A stretch of 64,000 bases of DNA from contig NMRA01000873.1 of assembly GCA_002633005.1 (NCBI GenBank), forward strand, positions 1 through 64,000, given 5' to 3'. This document shows, piece after piece, positions 1 through 12,690 of this stretch; the first letter of the stretch is position 1; the number at the start of each line of letters is the position of its first letter. The position numbers were made by a program, and so were the translations under genes. A model generated the notes under the pieces. That model saw only the letters and a program-made list of their open reading frames with translations. It did not search any database and was not told the DNA's origin. Source of the stretch: Phoronis australis. Its lineage: Eukaryota; Animalia; Phoronida.

Positions 1-49
1 TAGAGATTAGAGGCACAGTTTTTCCTTCGCGGGGATTTCAAAAATCATG

Positions 50-68
50 AGGGAGAGGGGGAGAGAGG

Positions 69-121
<53 letters not shown>

Positions 122-144
122 GGGGAAGGGAGATAGAGAGAGAG
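50..144. repeat. (GA)n microsatellite
   Basis: Long, partly interrupted GA run seen directly; accounts for the spurious SLSLSL ORF at 38-256. Confidence 0.95.
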
Positions 145-524
145 TTACAGATATCGTATAAATGAACAGCTGCCACAATTCGCGTCTGTCGTAACCAAGC
201 TGATTTCTAGTTGCATCACTTGACAGGATGACGCTGGTACGTTTAACAGGGAACACTAGAGAGAAATCGAAGAGACATTTGAAAAACTGGTTTCAATTCT
301 CGAGATGCAGCGACAAATAACCAATTCAGAAAAGAAAGTAGATGACTTTGAAGGGGTCGCGTATTATTTTCCAAGGAACACCCAAGTCCTAACTGACAAC
401 CGCAGCCTATATGTGAATGTGTGTGTGTGCGTGCGTGTGTGTCTTGGTAACCTATCACATGGTCATTACAACTGTTGAACACACCATATTGTTAATCAAA
501 GTATGTTGAATAACATTTTGGAGG

Positions 525-598
525 AAGCCAAAGCCGGATTCGATCCCGCTTCACTCGAGTTTCGAGCCGTCGCCTTAAACCGCTGAGCTATGCAGCAG
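525..598 (-). mobile_element. tRNA-derived SINE head / degenerate tRNA-like sequence
   Basis: Minus strand reads TAGCTCAGCGG (Pol III A box) ... GGATCGAATCC (B-box variant) at tRNA-like spacing; no convincing acceptor stem. Confidence 0.5.
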
Positions 599-1010
599 CT
601 GACGTCATCTTACGAGAAAATAGAACGGTAATGGTCTGATATAACGTTTTCTAATTTTGAGAACTAGTTTTCTCCACTGAATAATGGACATCAATAATAG
701 AATGCCTAAATGAGGATGCGCAATAACCGCATACTCAACAATCCGCATTGTACCGACCTTTATACGCTGTGAAATATAAATCGCACAATTCCAATTGATC
801 TGTCATTTTCCCTCACTTGTAAATCATCGATGGTAGGAAATCTCTGACTTGGACATTGTACTCAGTACCAGAAAAATCGTTCATGCTTGTATTCATGCCA
901 ATATTGACTTTTCCAGTGTAGAAATTGAAACTCAACTGCTGATAAAATGGTCACTGTGTGTTGCTGCTTGATTTACCTGTGCGATTCAATCGTTCCCTTC
1001 GATTGAACGT

Positions 1011-1031
1011 TGTGTGTATATATATATATAT

Positions 1032-1065
<34 letters not shown>

Positions 1066-1086
1066 ATGTATGTATATATATATATG

Positions 1087-1138
<52 letters not shown>

Positions 1139-1169
1139 TGTATATGTATATATATATTTATTTATATAT
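1011..1169. repeat. (TA)n/(TATG) microsatellite
   Basis: Direct; accounts for the YIYIYI ORFs. Confidence 0.95.
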
Positions 1170-2009
1170 CACATGGCATATCATATTCATAGCACATTAT
1201 TTAGCAAATGACCTCGGGTTCACGAATAAAGTTTTTTTAAGCATGGAATTTTTACGTATTTTGTTTGAATATCTAATTTTTATCGTACTGAACCCACATC
1301 GGTTAAGTGTTACATGTACCAAGTTATCCTTTATAGGGCGGGACAGTGGTAAAAGCCCACACTCAATTTTCTAATTTAAATGAGCGAGGAAAATACTTTG
1401 CCACAAAGTTATATGTAACAAAAGTGACCCACCGAAATGTGCCAGTAATGCAAAAATTTTGGAACCAATGTCTCGTGGCGAGTTTTCTGTCATGAAAATG
1501 ATACTGTAAAGCTTGTAGTAAAAGCCTTGGCATAATTTCAGTTTCGTTTCAGACTGGCCTCGAGAGATCAACCAGTGTCAGTGTACAGGTTCATAGAACT
1601 ACTTGAAAGTGTCTTCTGTGAAAAACTACTTTCTACTAGACGCTTTACGGTTTTCAGTGTTTCGCATGTATGAATACCTGTTGCTGGAATGAAATTGTCT
1701 TAAGAGGTAAAAACACTTTCACTCGTTGAAAATGCTTTCATGTTCCGATACGTCTATTCCCACTTAATGAGTTAAACATGGTAACTTTATCGAATGTAAG
1801 CATTTATTGTAACCAAATCGCTTTTTGTGTCGTTTATATTAAACACTACTTGACTTCAAACCATTGCTTTTAAATCCCACTTCACGAGTTAAGTATAAAA
1901 AAGTAATCACTGATAAGCACTTTTAAGTGCGTTCTTAAAAGAACGTGAAACTCGCAGTCACTTACATGTATACTTGCTATTTGTACCAAACACTAGTCAA
2001 CTCCCTTGG

Positions 2010-3462
2010 TATAGATCACTTTACATCTGTTACACTTTGGTGGTTTCTTAGCTGTACTGAACTTTCCAGGTAGAACAGTATTCCCCCAACTTGGGAGCGA
2101 GATTCACCCAAACCGACCATGCAGTTGTTGTGTGCCGAGTCTACTTGGCTATCTTTTTGGACGATTGCCCATGGCTTCAGTGGTGCCTCCGACATGCGAT
2201 GAGAATGTTTGACCTGAAAATAGATTGGAAATGATTACACTAAAAAGTAATGACATACAATTTACATTAGTATGAATAGGTTCATTGTTTAAATTTTCCT
2301 GGTTACTGAGACGAGGTGCATAACAAAAAGTCTTCGCAGGACTACATAGCGAAAAGTTATGCAACGCACAAAGCACTTAGTAGCGCATTAAGAGATTGCT
2401 TTGATTGTTGCGAAACGCTTTTCTTACATGTACGTAACTTACATGTATCTCAGGTCTTCTTGAATATTGAATTGTTTATTGCATTAACAAATTTTTAAAA
2501 AGAAAGTAGTCAGAAAAATTATGAAAACATGAATCTATATTAATTTACCATTATCTATGTACATGTACTCGTTACATTTACCACCTGAAGCAGTTATTCT
2601 TTTCACTTCATATCCATTGAAAAGCCCCTAAACACTTGGCGAGAAAGTGTGGACTACCCATGCGGGCATCAACGGGGGCTCGGGATTCAAGCTCCTTTTC
2701 CATTGGGCGAAGTGGAAAAGAAGGTCCGCCTCAGAGAAACGAATGTACCCCATGAATATTAGTAAAAGGTCCACATTTTCAGAAATTCGAGCCCCCAAAT
2801 TTTAGGCTGGGTGCACACATGTTACCCATAATATTTGGTACTCTCATGCAGACAACTCATCAATAAGAGTGACCCACCGATGTATGATATACGATTGTGC
2901 AGTTAAAACCAATAGTTTAACTGATAAAACATAAAAAATCCCAATACCAAACAGAAAGTCACAATCTATATATTTTAATAGATAAACTAACGATACAATA
3001 CTGGTTAATAACTCAACCGAGTTCAGTCTAGGTTACATGTGATGTTATTTGTACAACAAATCCACACATGACCTGGTATTACCACTACCACAATAGAATG
3101 TATCGGCCAAAGCTAAATTTGCACGTCAATAGCACTTTTATCACCAGCAGAAACGTGCGCTACGTCCTTCAACCATCCGCAGACGAGCTTGTTGTACGCT
3201 TCCATGGAATTGTAAGCCCGAAAATTCACTCAACGTGTACGCACTCTTGACGTTCACCAGCACATCACTATGTCGGGAAATGTCACATTTTGGAAGCCGT
3301 TCAGATCGCTTGACCACTTTTTCAAGTCTGCATCGTAAGGATCTAGACCACCAACCACTGACAGTTTCACTTCATACCTTTTTCGAACGACAGTCTCCAA
3401 TGTTTCTACATACTTAATTTTCTTTTCTATTCCTCGCACGTTTTCTTCTTAATCGACGCCAT
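2010..3462 (-). pseudogene. Decayed two-exon SWIM/YqaJ-type accessory gene of an ISL2EU-like DNA transposon
   Basis: Exon ~3462-3130 gives RYEVKLSVVGGLDPY...VTFPDIV...YNSMEAYNKLVCGWLKDV across frameshifts. Exon from 2213 (after ttttcag) gives VKHSHRMSEAPLKPWAIVQKDSQVDSAHNNCMVGLGESRSQVGGILFYLE, a degenerate SWIM finger (consensus hCxCmAGlgexCsHv). Stop follows. Confidence 0.65.
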
Positions 3463-3630
3463 TTTTGTTTGACGTAAATCATGGCGGCTCGAGGACAAAG
3501 CGGACCGGATGTTACTTGAGGCGGAAAATCAGTATGTCCACAGAATACAAGCATTGACAAGAGCACGAAATTTCACATTAACGGTGCATATACCTATGTC
3601 GTTATCCCCTCATGTTCTGGACATACTCAC

Positions 3631-3853
3631 CTACCACCCGACAAGACTTCTGTCGTTCTTTGATATTGCTTTTTCCACAGTATTACAAATTGAGCAAAGC
3701 TTTCTACCGACATACATGAAGGCCAAGCACGTGTGATCCACAGAACACAGATTAGCACATTCAATCAAAGACGAAGCAACGACAGTTACGTTGCCCGGAT
3801 ATGTTGATGCGGACATCTTCTCCGTGTGAAATCGGCTCATATTTAGAGTCACG
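3631..3853 (-). CDS. Isolated PAN/apple-domain-like exon (gene fragment or pseudo-exon)
   Basis: ASSLIECANLCSVDHTCLAFMY...LCSIC fits the PAN S-x-x-x-C-x3-C-x5-C-x2-F-x-Y-x4-C pattern; candidate acceptor caatttag upstream; TAG stop directly followed by gtgagt. No partner exons found. Confidence 0.4.
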
Positions 3854-3919
3854 ATGAAACTAAATTGAAATTTCAATAAACTGAGATGAGCAGAATTCCT
3901 TAAAATCTCTTAATGTGTA

Positions 3920-5220
3920 CTACGACTCATTGTCATTCCGAATGATGGAGGGTACGCCAAAGTACGCAAACTGACGCTTCATCTCCTTAATAATTACAAG
4001 AGACGATAGGTCATTCAACGCCACAACATGCACCCATTTACTAAAGTAATGAACATTGAACAGGTATTGGACATACTTGATCTGAAGCAAATCACTTCCG
4101 ATGGCTTGCCAAGGATAATCAGGCACCTTCGTCGTAATCAGCGGTTCCTTCTTCGGTTTGGTCTCTGTGTGCTGGCATATTTCACAGCTCCTGACTTTGT
4201 CAACAATCCTGGCACTGATTCCTGCCGAGTAAATTGCTGTGCGAGCTCGTTCTTGTGTTTTTGTGCTGCCCTGGTGGCTCTTATGTAACTTATAAAGAAT
4301 CTCTCTGTGTTTCCAATTTGGAATCGCCAGTCTGTCCTTGATGAAAATCAAGTCGTTATGAGTGGTCAAATCGTTTCTGATGTCCCAGAAACGTCTGGTG
4401 GCTGTATGATAGTAACGGCGTTGCAATGGTCAGCCGTTCTCCCCAAATCGTTGAACGAACCGAAGGGAACTATCACTAGCTATTGCTTGAATGTTCCATG
4501 TTGACAAGACCGAAACTGGTAATCGGAAATCATCATTTGCTTCCCCGGCGTGTATACCACCATTCGACTGGGTTGTATTTTATCATAATCCTCTGTAAAC
4601 TTGCTGACAGCTCACACAGAGGTTTTGTCGTTACATTGACCAACGGCTTATAGTCAGTCTCTACCGTCACTTCTCTGCCGTAGAGATATTACTGAAAGTC
4701 TGTCACACCATAAGAGACTTTAAGCTGCGTACTCAATCGGATGTCCTCTTTGAAGCACCACTGCGCCTAATGAGTATGAGCTGGCGTCGAAGTTCACCAT
4801 TATATCTTTGGTTTGGTCATAGAATGCCAATGTCGGCGCCTTTGTTATCATTAATTTGCGTCATGGGATTGTGACCGATTGAGGATGACATCTCTCTTCA
4901 CTAAAGCTCGCAATGGTCTGTTTATCTCTGCTAACACGGGGCAAAATAGTGAGAAATAATTCACCAAACCCTGCAGTGATCTGACTTCATCTTTTTATGA
5001 TGGGCTTTGATGGAAGTATTTGCCTCAGTTTGTCTAGGTAGATGTCTACATTTGTATAGTCCATTTTCAGAAATCGTGTGACACAAGAATTCTATCTTGC
5101 ACTTGGGTCTGTTGAGTTTCAGGAACGCCTCTTAAAGTCGTGAGAGAACCTTGCGAAGCCGTCCATCGTGCAGGTGTCTGTCTCGTGCATGGACTAAAAT
5201 ATCGTTAATGTATACTTTTC
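3920..5220 (-). mobile_element. Decayed Ty3/Gypsy pol fragment (RT-RNaseH-integrase)
   Basis: Degenerate RT motif VYINDILV near 5215; RNaseH-like VTVETDYKPL; integrase zinc finger LHKSHQG...CEICQ and core PWQAIGSDL...YFSKW...FGVPSIIRNDN. Many stops and frameshifts; no LTRs seen. Confidence 0.85.
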
Positions 5221-8200
5221 TATTGAATGTTACGTATATCGGCTTGTTTACTCTACGTTTTTCTTTAGCATGGTAGTGTGTACGTGCTATATATACACAT
5301 ACCCATCTTGAAAGCGGACATTCGTGTACTTAAAGTACAGTTTCAGGAAGTGCAATTGCAAAATTTAAGCTCTACTATGACTCAAGCCCTGAACACACAT
5401 ACATGAGGGTCTGAAGTAAAATGAGCTGCAACTCAACAGACACTGCTAGTGAATAAACGTGTGGCTATTAAATTTGTGCTGGCTGCTGTACTCTACTGTA
5501 TGTTGAATACATGTAATAAACGGTAATTGCTTTGAAGTATTTTAATCATTCATTGTGTGAAATTTCTACGCACGTTTTTATACAATTCAAATATTTGAGG
5601 TTGTGTTCAGTCATTTGACAAAAGAAGTTTTTGCCTAAGCCTTTGGAACTGGCCCTGAAAAAGGCCACCTGCATTACATATCACAGTAATCAATTAAGCT
5701 TTGGCTTTGTCAGAATTTCTTATATAGAGGTGGTATCACGGGATCAAAGGAAGCGTACTTAAGACGGACCTAGGTTCTTGGCGAAAGTCCGAAGGCAAAA
5801 GGTTTGAAAATGGCTGATAAATATTTTTCTTGCACCCAGTCAACTTGCATATTTGGTGCCGAAAGAATGCATTCACAAAACGTTGTGAAGCAAGGCAAAA
5901 TATACACATAATTCGGTTTGTCAATAAGTAATTTTCGGACGTAGAGTGTCCAAGAAGGTTGGCAGTAAGCATTGTAGCTACTGCATCAATGCTCACATGT
6001 CGGAAACAATTTATTTTTCATAAATGTCTTTAGGGAGTCAAACGAAATTTGTGGGGAAGACCTCACACTTTAAATCATAGAATTCATCTAGTGATAATGA
6101 GATTTTGGCAATATCAGTAAAATGTTTTTATTCCACACCCTCTTGTTTGCCAAACTGGTCGCTCTAGTGCGCTTGAGGGTGAATATTATTGGCCTATTAA
6201 ACTCATGGTAAAAAAATCCCAAACCTGCACCCCTGCACTCGCCACGGTCACACTCACATCAATCCAGAAATACCCTTTACCTGAAGAACAATTAACCTCT
6301 TATCCAAGGGTCTTATGTGTGAACGGGGAGGAGTCTGTGGGACTCGGGTGTTTTGGCTGTGTGTGCATGAAGCATTTTTGACACGAGTGAGGAGATAAGT
6401 GCCGCGGACCAGCATCATAGGGATTTGTACTATGGATTTCATATCTGCTGGTCTAGGACTCGGGTTTGAAGAATCGAACAGTAATTTCGAGGTGCAGCCA
6501 TGGAATCGTATCTATCCCCTGCCCTAGTACTCTATACTTGATAAAGGCAAAATATTAAACATCACGATTTCAGGCTATACAGGTATTTCTCGTAACCAAC
6601 TGATATCGTCCCGTGTGCCTACGTATTGTATATAATTTCCTCGAAGAGGAAAGGTTGACTGTCAAACTCGACAAAGTCACGAGGCACTAGATCTACCTAT
6701 AATTAAAAGGCTCTGTTTCGAGTTGAAACACGAAACGACGACAGATACGTCGACTTCTATTGATTCGGAATAGTGACATGAATTGTTGACAGAACTGAGA
6801 CTCAGAGCAAATTAATCTAGTTGTTTGCGGGTAAGGAACAAGCACTGTGATTTCCAAATGTTAGTACGTTCTGATCCCTTGTGTTTTGCTGACAACATAG
6901 ACCAAAACATCTCGAACTCACCTCGTTTGTGCTCGACATGTTCTTCTTCCGCCAGCTGGTTTGCGTGCACTCCACAGGCAGCACCGCATAAATAATGAGG
7001 TTTGGCTGAAAGTCCGCCTACTTATTTAAAAATTTCAAATATTTAATAGTAAAATAACGGGAATACATACATGTTTGTAATTTACGAAAAATGTTAATTT
7101 TAGCGATATCTTTCAACTGACAAAATTCATTCTGTGTTCTAAGTTGGTGAAATTGTAGGAAATAGTATCTTTAACACCCAAAAATGTCTCGTTGAAAAAC
7201 TCATGGCATGTGTTATGATATGTTGTTGAAAGTAGTTCTACGACTGGGGCTGAAATGATATCAGAGACCAAACTACTCCCGGCATCCACCGAGGGCCACA
7301 CTTTGGTGCTTATAATGAATGGGCAGCGTTATTGTCGTCTTTGTTGACTAATTTTGCCGAGAAATCGCTGATTTTATGGAACTGTACCTCAAGGGTCTCG
7401 CTTGATGACAACGACAAAGTGAAAATGACAAAATGTAATTGGGCTTCATTTAATAACTACAACTCTCGATCGAAACCAAGTCGAGCAGGCAGCCAGAAAC
7501 TCTAACTTCAAAATCTCGCGATTACATTGGTCACGTGCAGGCGTTTGCATTTCAGGGCTAGAGTTCCATGTTTTTTGGGCATTTTGATTTTCGATGCCTT
7601 TGGCAGTTTGAAATCAATACTAATCGTTACCATGTGATGCGTTTTGCAAAATACCACACAAATTATTAATGAAATATTTTGTAATAGATGACGTACGCTC
7701 ATGCAAAGTGTGAATTCACCGACGAGGCTATCACCCCGAGAAGTTCAAAACTGGTTATATGCATGCATATGCATTTCCCGATTGTACAACATACACTATT
7801 ATAGCTTTTGGCACCCAACGAAACTTCTTAAAACGCAATGGGAAATTTATCTTAAACAGCTGCTCAACTACTCGAATTTGCGTAGGTGTCCTCAAAGCAT
7901 ACACAAAGCAGTATACCCACTAAACGTGTCTCGCCACTGCGCTGAGTGCTTCCACGGAACTTGCACTCAAAAAGCCAAATCCGCAAGTCACGTCTGTGTT
8001 AAGGTGGTGCAACCCTTGGCGACAAGCCCGTTGTTGGGTTAAAGCGGTAAAGATAGAGACCACGGGAACAAACTTTTGACGAAATAGAATCTGCTTGTAC
8101 TCCCCTGCCAATAACATTTCCGCAGGCTTACTAATTTGACAAAAGATTGGGGTGAAGGTACATGTACATGTGAAACCTATCGCGGTGGGGTGAAGCTGAT

Positions 8201-10599
8201 GTTAAAGAATATGGTGGTGTACATGTAGATGGAGGTAAATCGGAGACCGACTGGATATGAGGGTTTTAGTGAGCGTGTTGTCGACCATGGGGCAAAACTG
8301 CATGGTGGTTGAGATGTATCTGGAGTAGACCGTGGAGCAGGAAGGGGACGGTTGCACTTACATTTGATTCTCCACCAACTGAAATAAACTTTCCCACGCC
8401 AATAAATAGGCAAGCTCAATTTCAAATGTTTTACTTTCAAAATACGTTTTCGGCTGTCCCTTGAAAGAATAAAGTAACAGTTATTGTGTAAAAACAAAAC
8501 GCTACTATTTGAGGTAATCAGGATACGGAAAAAATGTTATAGTATTTTTACCTGAAATATCAGTATACCTCAAAAGTAATTAAAACATTCAAATAAAAAT
8601 TACCTCGCACTGCGAAGTTTACTCGTTTCTACGATTTCAATCATTAGTTTCATTCGAGGTAACTTTCCTTACCGTAACACAGTCTACCATACAGGAACGC
8701 GTTAGCTTTTATCATGCATGTACATGCACTTGCATTTAGAATACCACGGCCTTCTGTCTTCATACAAAACAGAGTTTTAATTGCCGATTGATTGTAGACT
8801 GCAGTTAAACCTTTTGAAGATTTAAGAGCAATTCCATATAAAAACCAGATGGTGGGCTATATATGCAAAATCACCAATTTTTTTGAAACTTAGCACATCA
8901 GCTGTCCTTGTCAAAAGAAACCTGAATTTTTAAGAGTTTCCGAGTTTTTTTTAACCCTTTTTACAACCACTTTGTACTTTTTCCGAAAAATAGCGAATAA
9001 TAGTACTTGGAAGTACGTAAATGTTTGTCAGCAACAACACATCATCGCTTCACGCTATAGAAAAAATTAACTATATAGCAGAAAGAAGAAAGAATAACGT
9101 ACAAGAAAAACTAAGTCGGATGGATTTTTTCATTTTTTATGTCCTCCCATTTTAGCCTACAAGAATATCATTTTCACTGCTTATTATTAAGGCCATTTTT
9201 ACGCATTTTTATCACTCTCCCAAATCTATATCGGATTTTTTTGGAACATGAGTTCTTCCATCTGTTACTGCTGTCTTTGTTCAGCCCAACGCAAGAATAA
9301 AAAATCTTGTCTCTTTCATAGTTTTTGTGCAGATAGTTTTTTACATAACTCACTTACACACTTTTCTGCCAATCTGTGACTGTCAGTTTGATTAAAAGAC
9401 TCTAAGAGGCGCTACTCGATTGTGCAATTATCTATCGACCAATATGCCAAATAGAACAAATATCATTCGTTTTGCTATATTAGTGACAAAAGAGACATGG
9501 GAAGCTGTACGAGAGATTATTTCTTCGCGGATTTTCAGTTTTGTTGGTGCAAAAATAAAAATTTGTTATAGGATTACAGAAATCAAAAAAGTCAATTTTA
9601 ATGTACTTATGAGTTAATAAATATAATACAACCCCATCACCATCTCATACTTCAGAGAAGCATTTTTTATTCTTATCAAGGGTGCCCATTACCCATTGCT
9701 TGGCCAGTTTTCAAACACCGTAACTGACTAAGAATCCCACGCACTGCCTGCAGTGCATGCTGGTCCATTTTCAGACCTCCTGCACAAATCCCTGTATATG
9801 CGCATGAAAAAGTCCTCTAAAACTAATAGCAAAGTTCATACTAAAACTAATCAAGATCTGAGAGATCACACGTGAAAAGAGGACGGTGGATACGAGGAGA
9901 AGTGTCGTGTTATGGGACATACAAAGTGTCACGCAATGCTTCTTGTACTACACAAAAGCGGCCGAGCATGGTGGCAGTGAGCCAGTGGAATTTGCANNNN
10001 NNNNNNNNNNNNNNNNNNNNNNNNNNNNNNNNNNNNNNNNNNNNNNNNNNNNNNNNNNNNNNNNNNNNNNNNNNNNNNNNNNNNNNNNNNNNNNNNNNNN
10101 NNNNNNNNNNNNNNNNNNNNNNNNNNNNNNNNNNNNNNNNNNNNNNNNNNNNNNNNNNNNNNNNNNNNNNNNNNNNNNNNNNNNNNNNNNNNNNNNNNNN
10201 NNNNNNNNNNNNNNNNNNNNNNNNNNNNNNNNNNNNNNNNNNNNNNNNNNNNNNNNNNNNNNNNNNNNNNNNNNNNNNNNNNNNNNNNNNNNNNNNNNNN
10301 NNNNNNNNNNNNNNNNNNNNNNNNNNNNNNNNNNNNNNNNNNNNNNNNNNNNNNNNNNNNNNNNNNNNNNNNNNNNNNNNNNNNNNNNNNNNNNNNNNNN
10401 NNNNNNNNNNNNNNNNNNNNNNNNNNNNNNNNNNNNNNNNNNNNNNNNNNNNNNNNNNNNNNNNNNNNNNNNNNNNNNNNNNNNNNNNNNNNNNNNNNNN
10501 NNNNNNNNNNNNNNNNNNNNNNNNNNNNNNNNNNNNNNNNNNNNNNNNNNNNNNNNNNNNNNNNNNNNNNNNNNNNNNNNNNNNNNNNNNNNNNNNNNN

Positions 10600-12690
10600 A
10601 TATTCTGAATATTTCCGATTCGAAACGCGGCAACCATACGGGAAAAATCCAGCAATCTGCTACTCCGACAGCCACTCTTCTGAGGAAGAAAACTTTTCTT
10701 TGCTTATTCCTGGCTTCTCGCATCATCTTTACAACCTCAGCTGACTGTTGTTTTCTGCCTGATTGTCCACCTTCAGAAAATATATCCCTGGGTTAAGTCT
10801 TTACCTTCTCAGAGAAGCGGACCGCTTTTCTAGTACTTTTCAGGGCCAAATCCTGCGGCGACTTGATCAACAACATAAACGGCAGACATCTCAGGTGATG
10901 ATACAGCTGTGGTAGTAGATAAAATCTCAGATTGTCTTGAAATGTGGTCGAACTGAGTCTCGTTCTGGAGGGATGATGAATGAGCACCAATGTCCAAGTG
11001 CTCATTTAGCTAAGCATCTGTAGGAAAAGGTTTCGAGCACCTTTAGTATGTGCATGTGAACTTCGTATGATGTTCACGGGATACCAGCCCCGACTCAACC
11101 CTTGGAGTTGTAAAACAATGGAGTGTTGCAAGGTCAAGACTTTTCAGAGGCAACAGTTTACATGACTTGTTGATGACAAGTTTTCCATCCCCTATTCTAT
11201 GGGCCTTCCATGCTCGAATGCCATCTGCGGAATACTCAAATTTGTCAGCAAACTTATCCCTGGGATACTGTGCTTGGGAAGGACCTTTGGGGCATTCACA
11301 CTACAGGACAACACCTAACAGCCTTTGACACCTCATCTAGACTCTAGTGCATGTTTCAGGTTTACTGCATTTTGAACGTTGTTGCCTTCATTGACGAAGT
11401 ACTTGGCATGGGACTTCAAGGGTGCAATTTTCCTGTCACAGATGTCTTTTCCCTTCTGACTTTCACTGAAGTCGTAGCGCAGAATGGAGATGCCGGTGTT
11501 ACCAGATATGTAGAACAAATGAATCAGAAGGGCGGCTGAATGGTAACAATTGTCATTGTCGGAGCGTAGGAAAGCTTTCGTTATTTGTGGATCCCTAGCT
11601 TTCACCTGCCTTAGCACATCTAGCGTTAAACAGCAAACAGTGAAAAAGTCTTGCAGACTTTCACTGAAGTCGTAGCGCAGAATGGAGATGCCGGTGTTAC
11701 CAGATATGTAGAACAAATGAATCTGAAGGGCAGCTGAATGGTAACAATTGGCATTGTCGGAGCGTAGGAAAGCTTTCGTTATTTGTGGATCCCTAGCTTT
11801 CACCTGCCTTAGCTCATCTAGCGTTAAACAGCAAACAGTGAAAAAGTCTTGCGTGCAGGCATCTAGAGTATGGATGAAAGTATGTACCTGAAATACAACA
11901 ATTATATAACTCAAATAGGTCAGCTAGTTTAAAGAACTACCTTATTATATCTCATTACCACATAAACCCAATCACACCACTCAACTTCAAACATGGTTCG
12001 TCTCAACACGGTTATTATATCAGTAGCTCCTTCAAAACATCTCTAGGGAGGGGGAAATTTCCCCTTCACAAAGATATGTACAAAATGGCTTCAGTTAAAA
12101 TGAAGGCTTGTGTGCAAAATCTACTAAGAGAAAAATAATGCATCACTGTCACGCTTTTGTTGGGAAATGACAAGAAAAGACTAGATATTAAGTGCACACT
12201 CCCTGTATCTTGTACTGTTACAGTAAATCAATATACTAAAAAGAGGACTAGATATTAAGTGCACACTCCCTGTATATTGTACTGTTACAGTAAATCAATA
12301 TACTAAAAAGAGGTAAAGGCAACAACATTGTTCATCAATGGCATTTTGTTTAATATTGAGCACATCTGAGAATTACTTGTAACACCTTGAATACTAATTG
12401 GGGATTTATTTTTACCTGATGGCTTTCACCTTTCTTTGCTATTCAAGCCGCCACGTGCCATCCTTTTTACCGAACCGGTCATGCAAAATCCATTACAACC
12501 AAAACTTGGTGTGGGGTGAGAGATGACATCAGATCATGTTTTGCTTGTTCCTGGTTTATCCTTCTGACAATATTCTGTGTGTTCGTGATAACAGCACGTC
12601 AGTTTTTGTCTAAAACCAAGTCCAAACTCATGTCGATGTGTAAAATACAACGGCGCATTTCCATTGGTTTGCCAGTCCAACCTCCTATTG
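10600..12690 (-). pseudogene. Sola3-type DDD transposase pseudogene with internal deletion and 198-bp in-frame duplication
   Basis: Catalytic-type motifs MDFA (~12480), SDN and CDR (ORF 11333-11914; exon acceptor at 11887); C-terminal GFALK...QIAGFF remnants at 10640-10860; multiple stops. Confidence 0.75.
12179..12313. repeat. 2 x 67-bp tandem duplication in transposase intron
   Basis: gactagatattaagtgcacactccctgtat... starts at 12179 and 12246. Confidence 0.9.

Noticed and set aside
525-598. Functional tRNA gene
   Set aside because: B box is mutated and no clean cloverleaf is evident; kept only as SINE-like.
958-1374. ORFs rich in YIYI
   Set aside because: Translation of the (TA)n microsatellite.
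9872-10744. Long ORFs of 235-290 aa
   Set aside because: Open only because they cross the 603-N gap.
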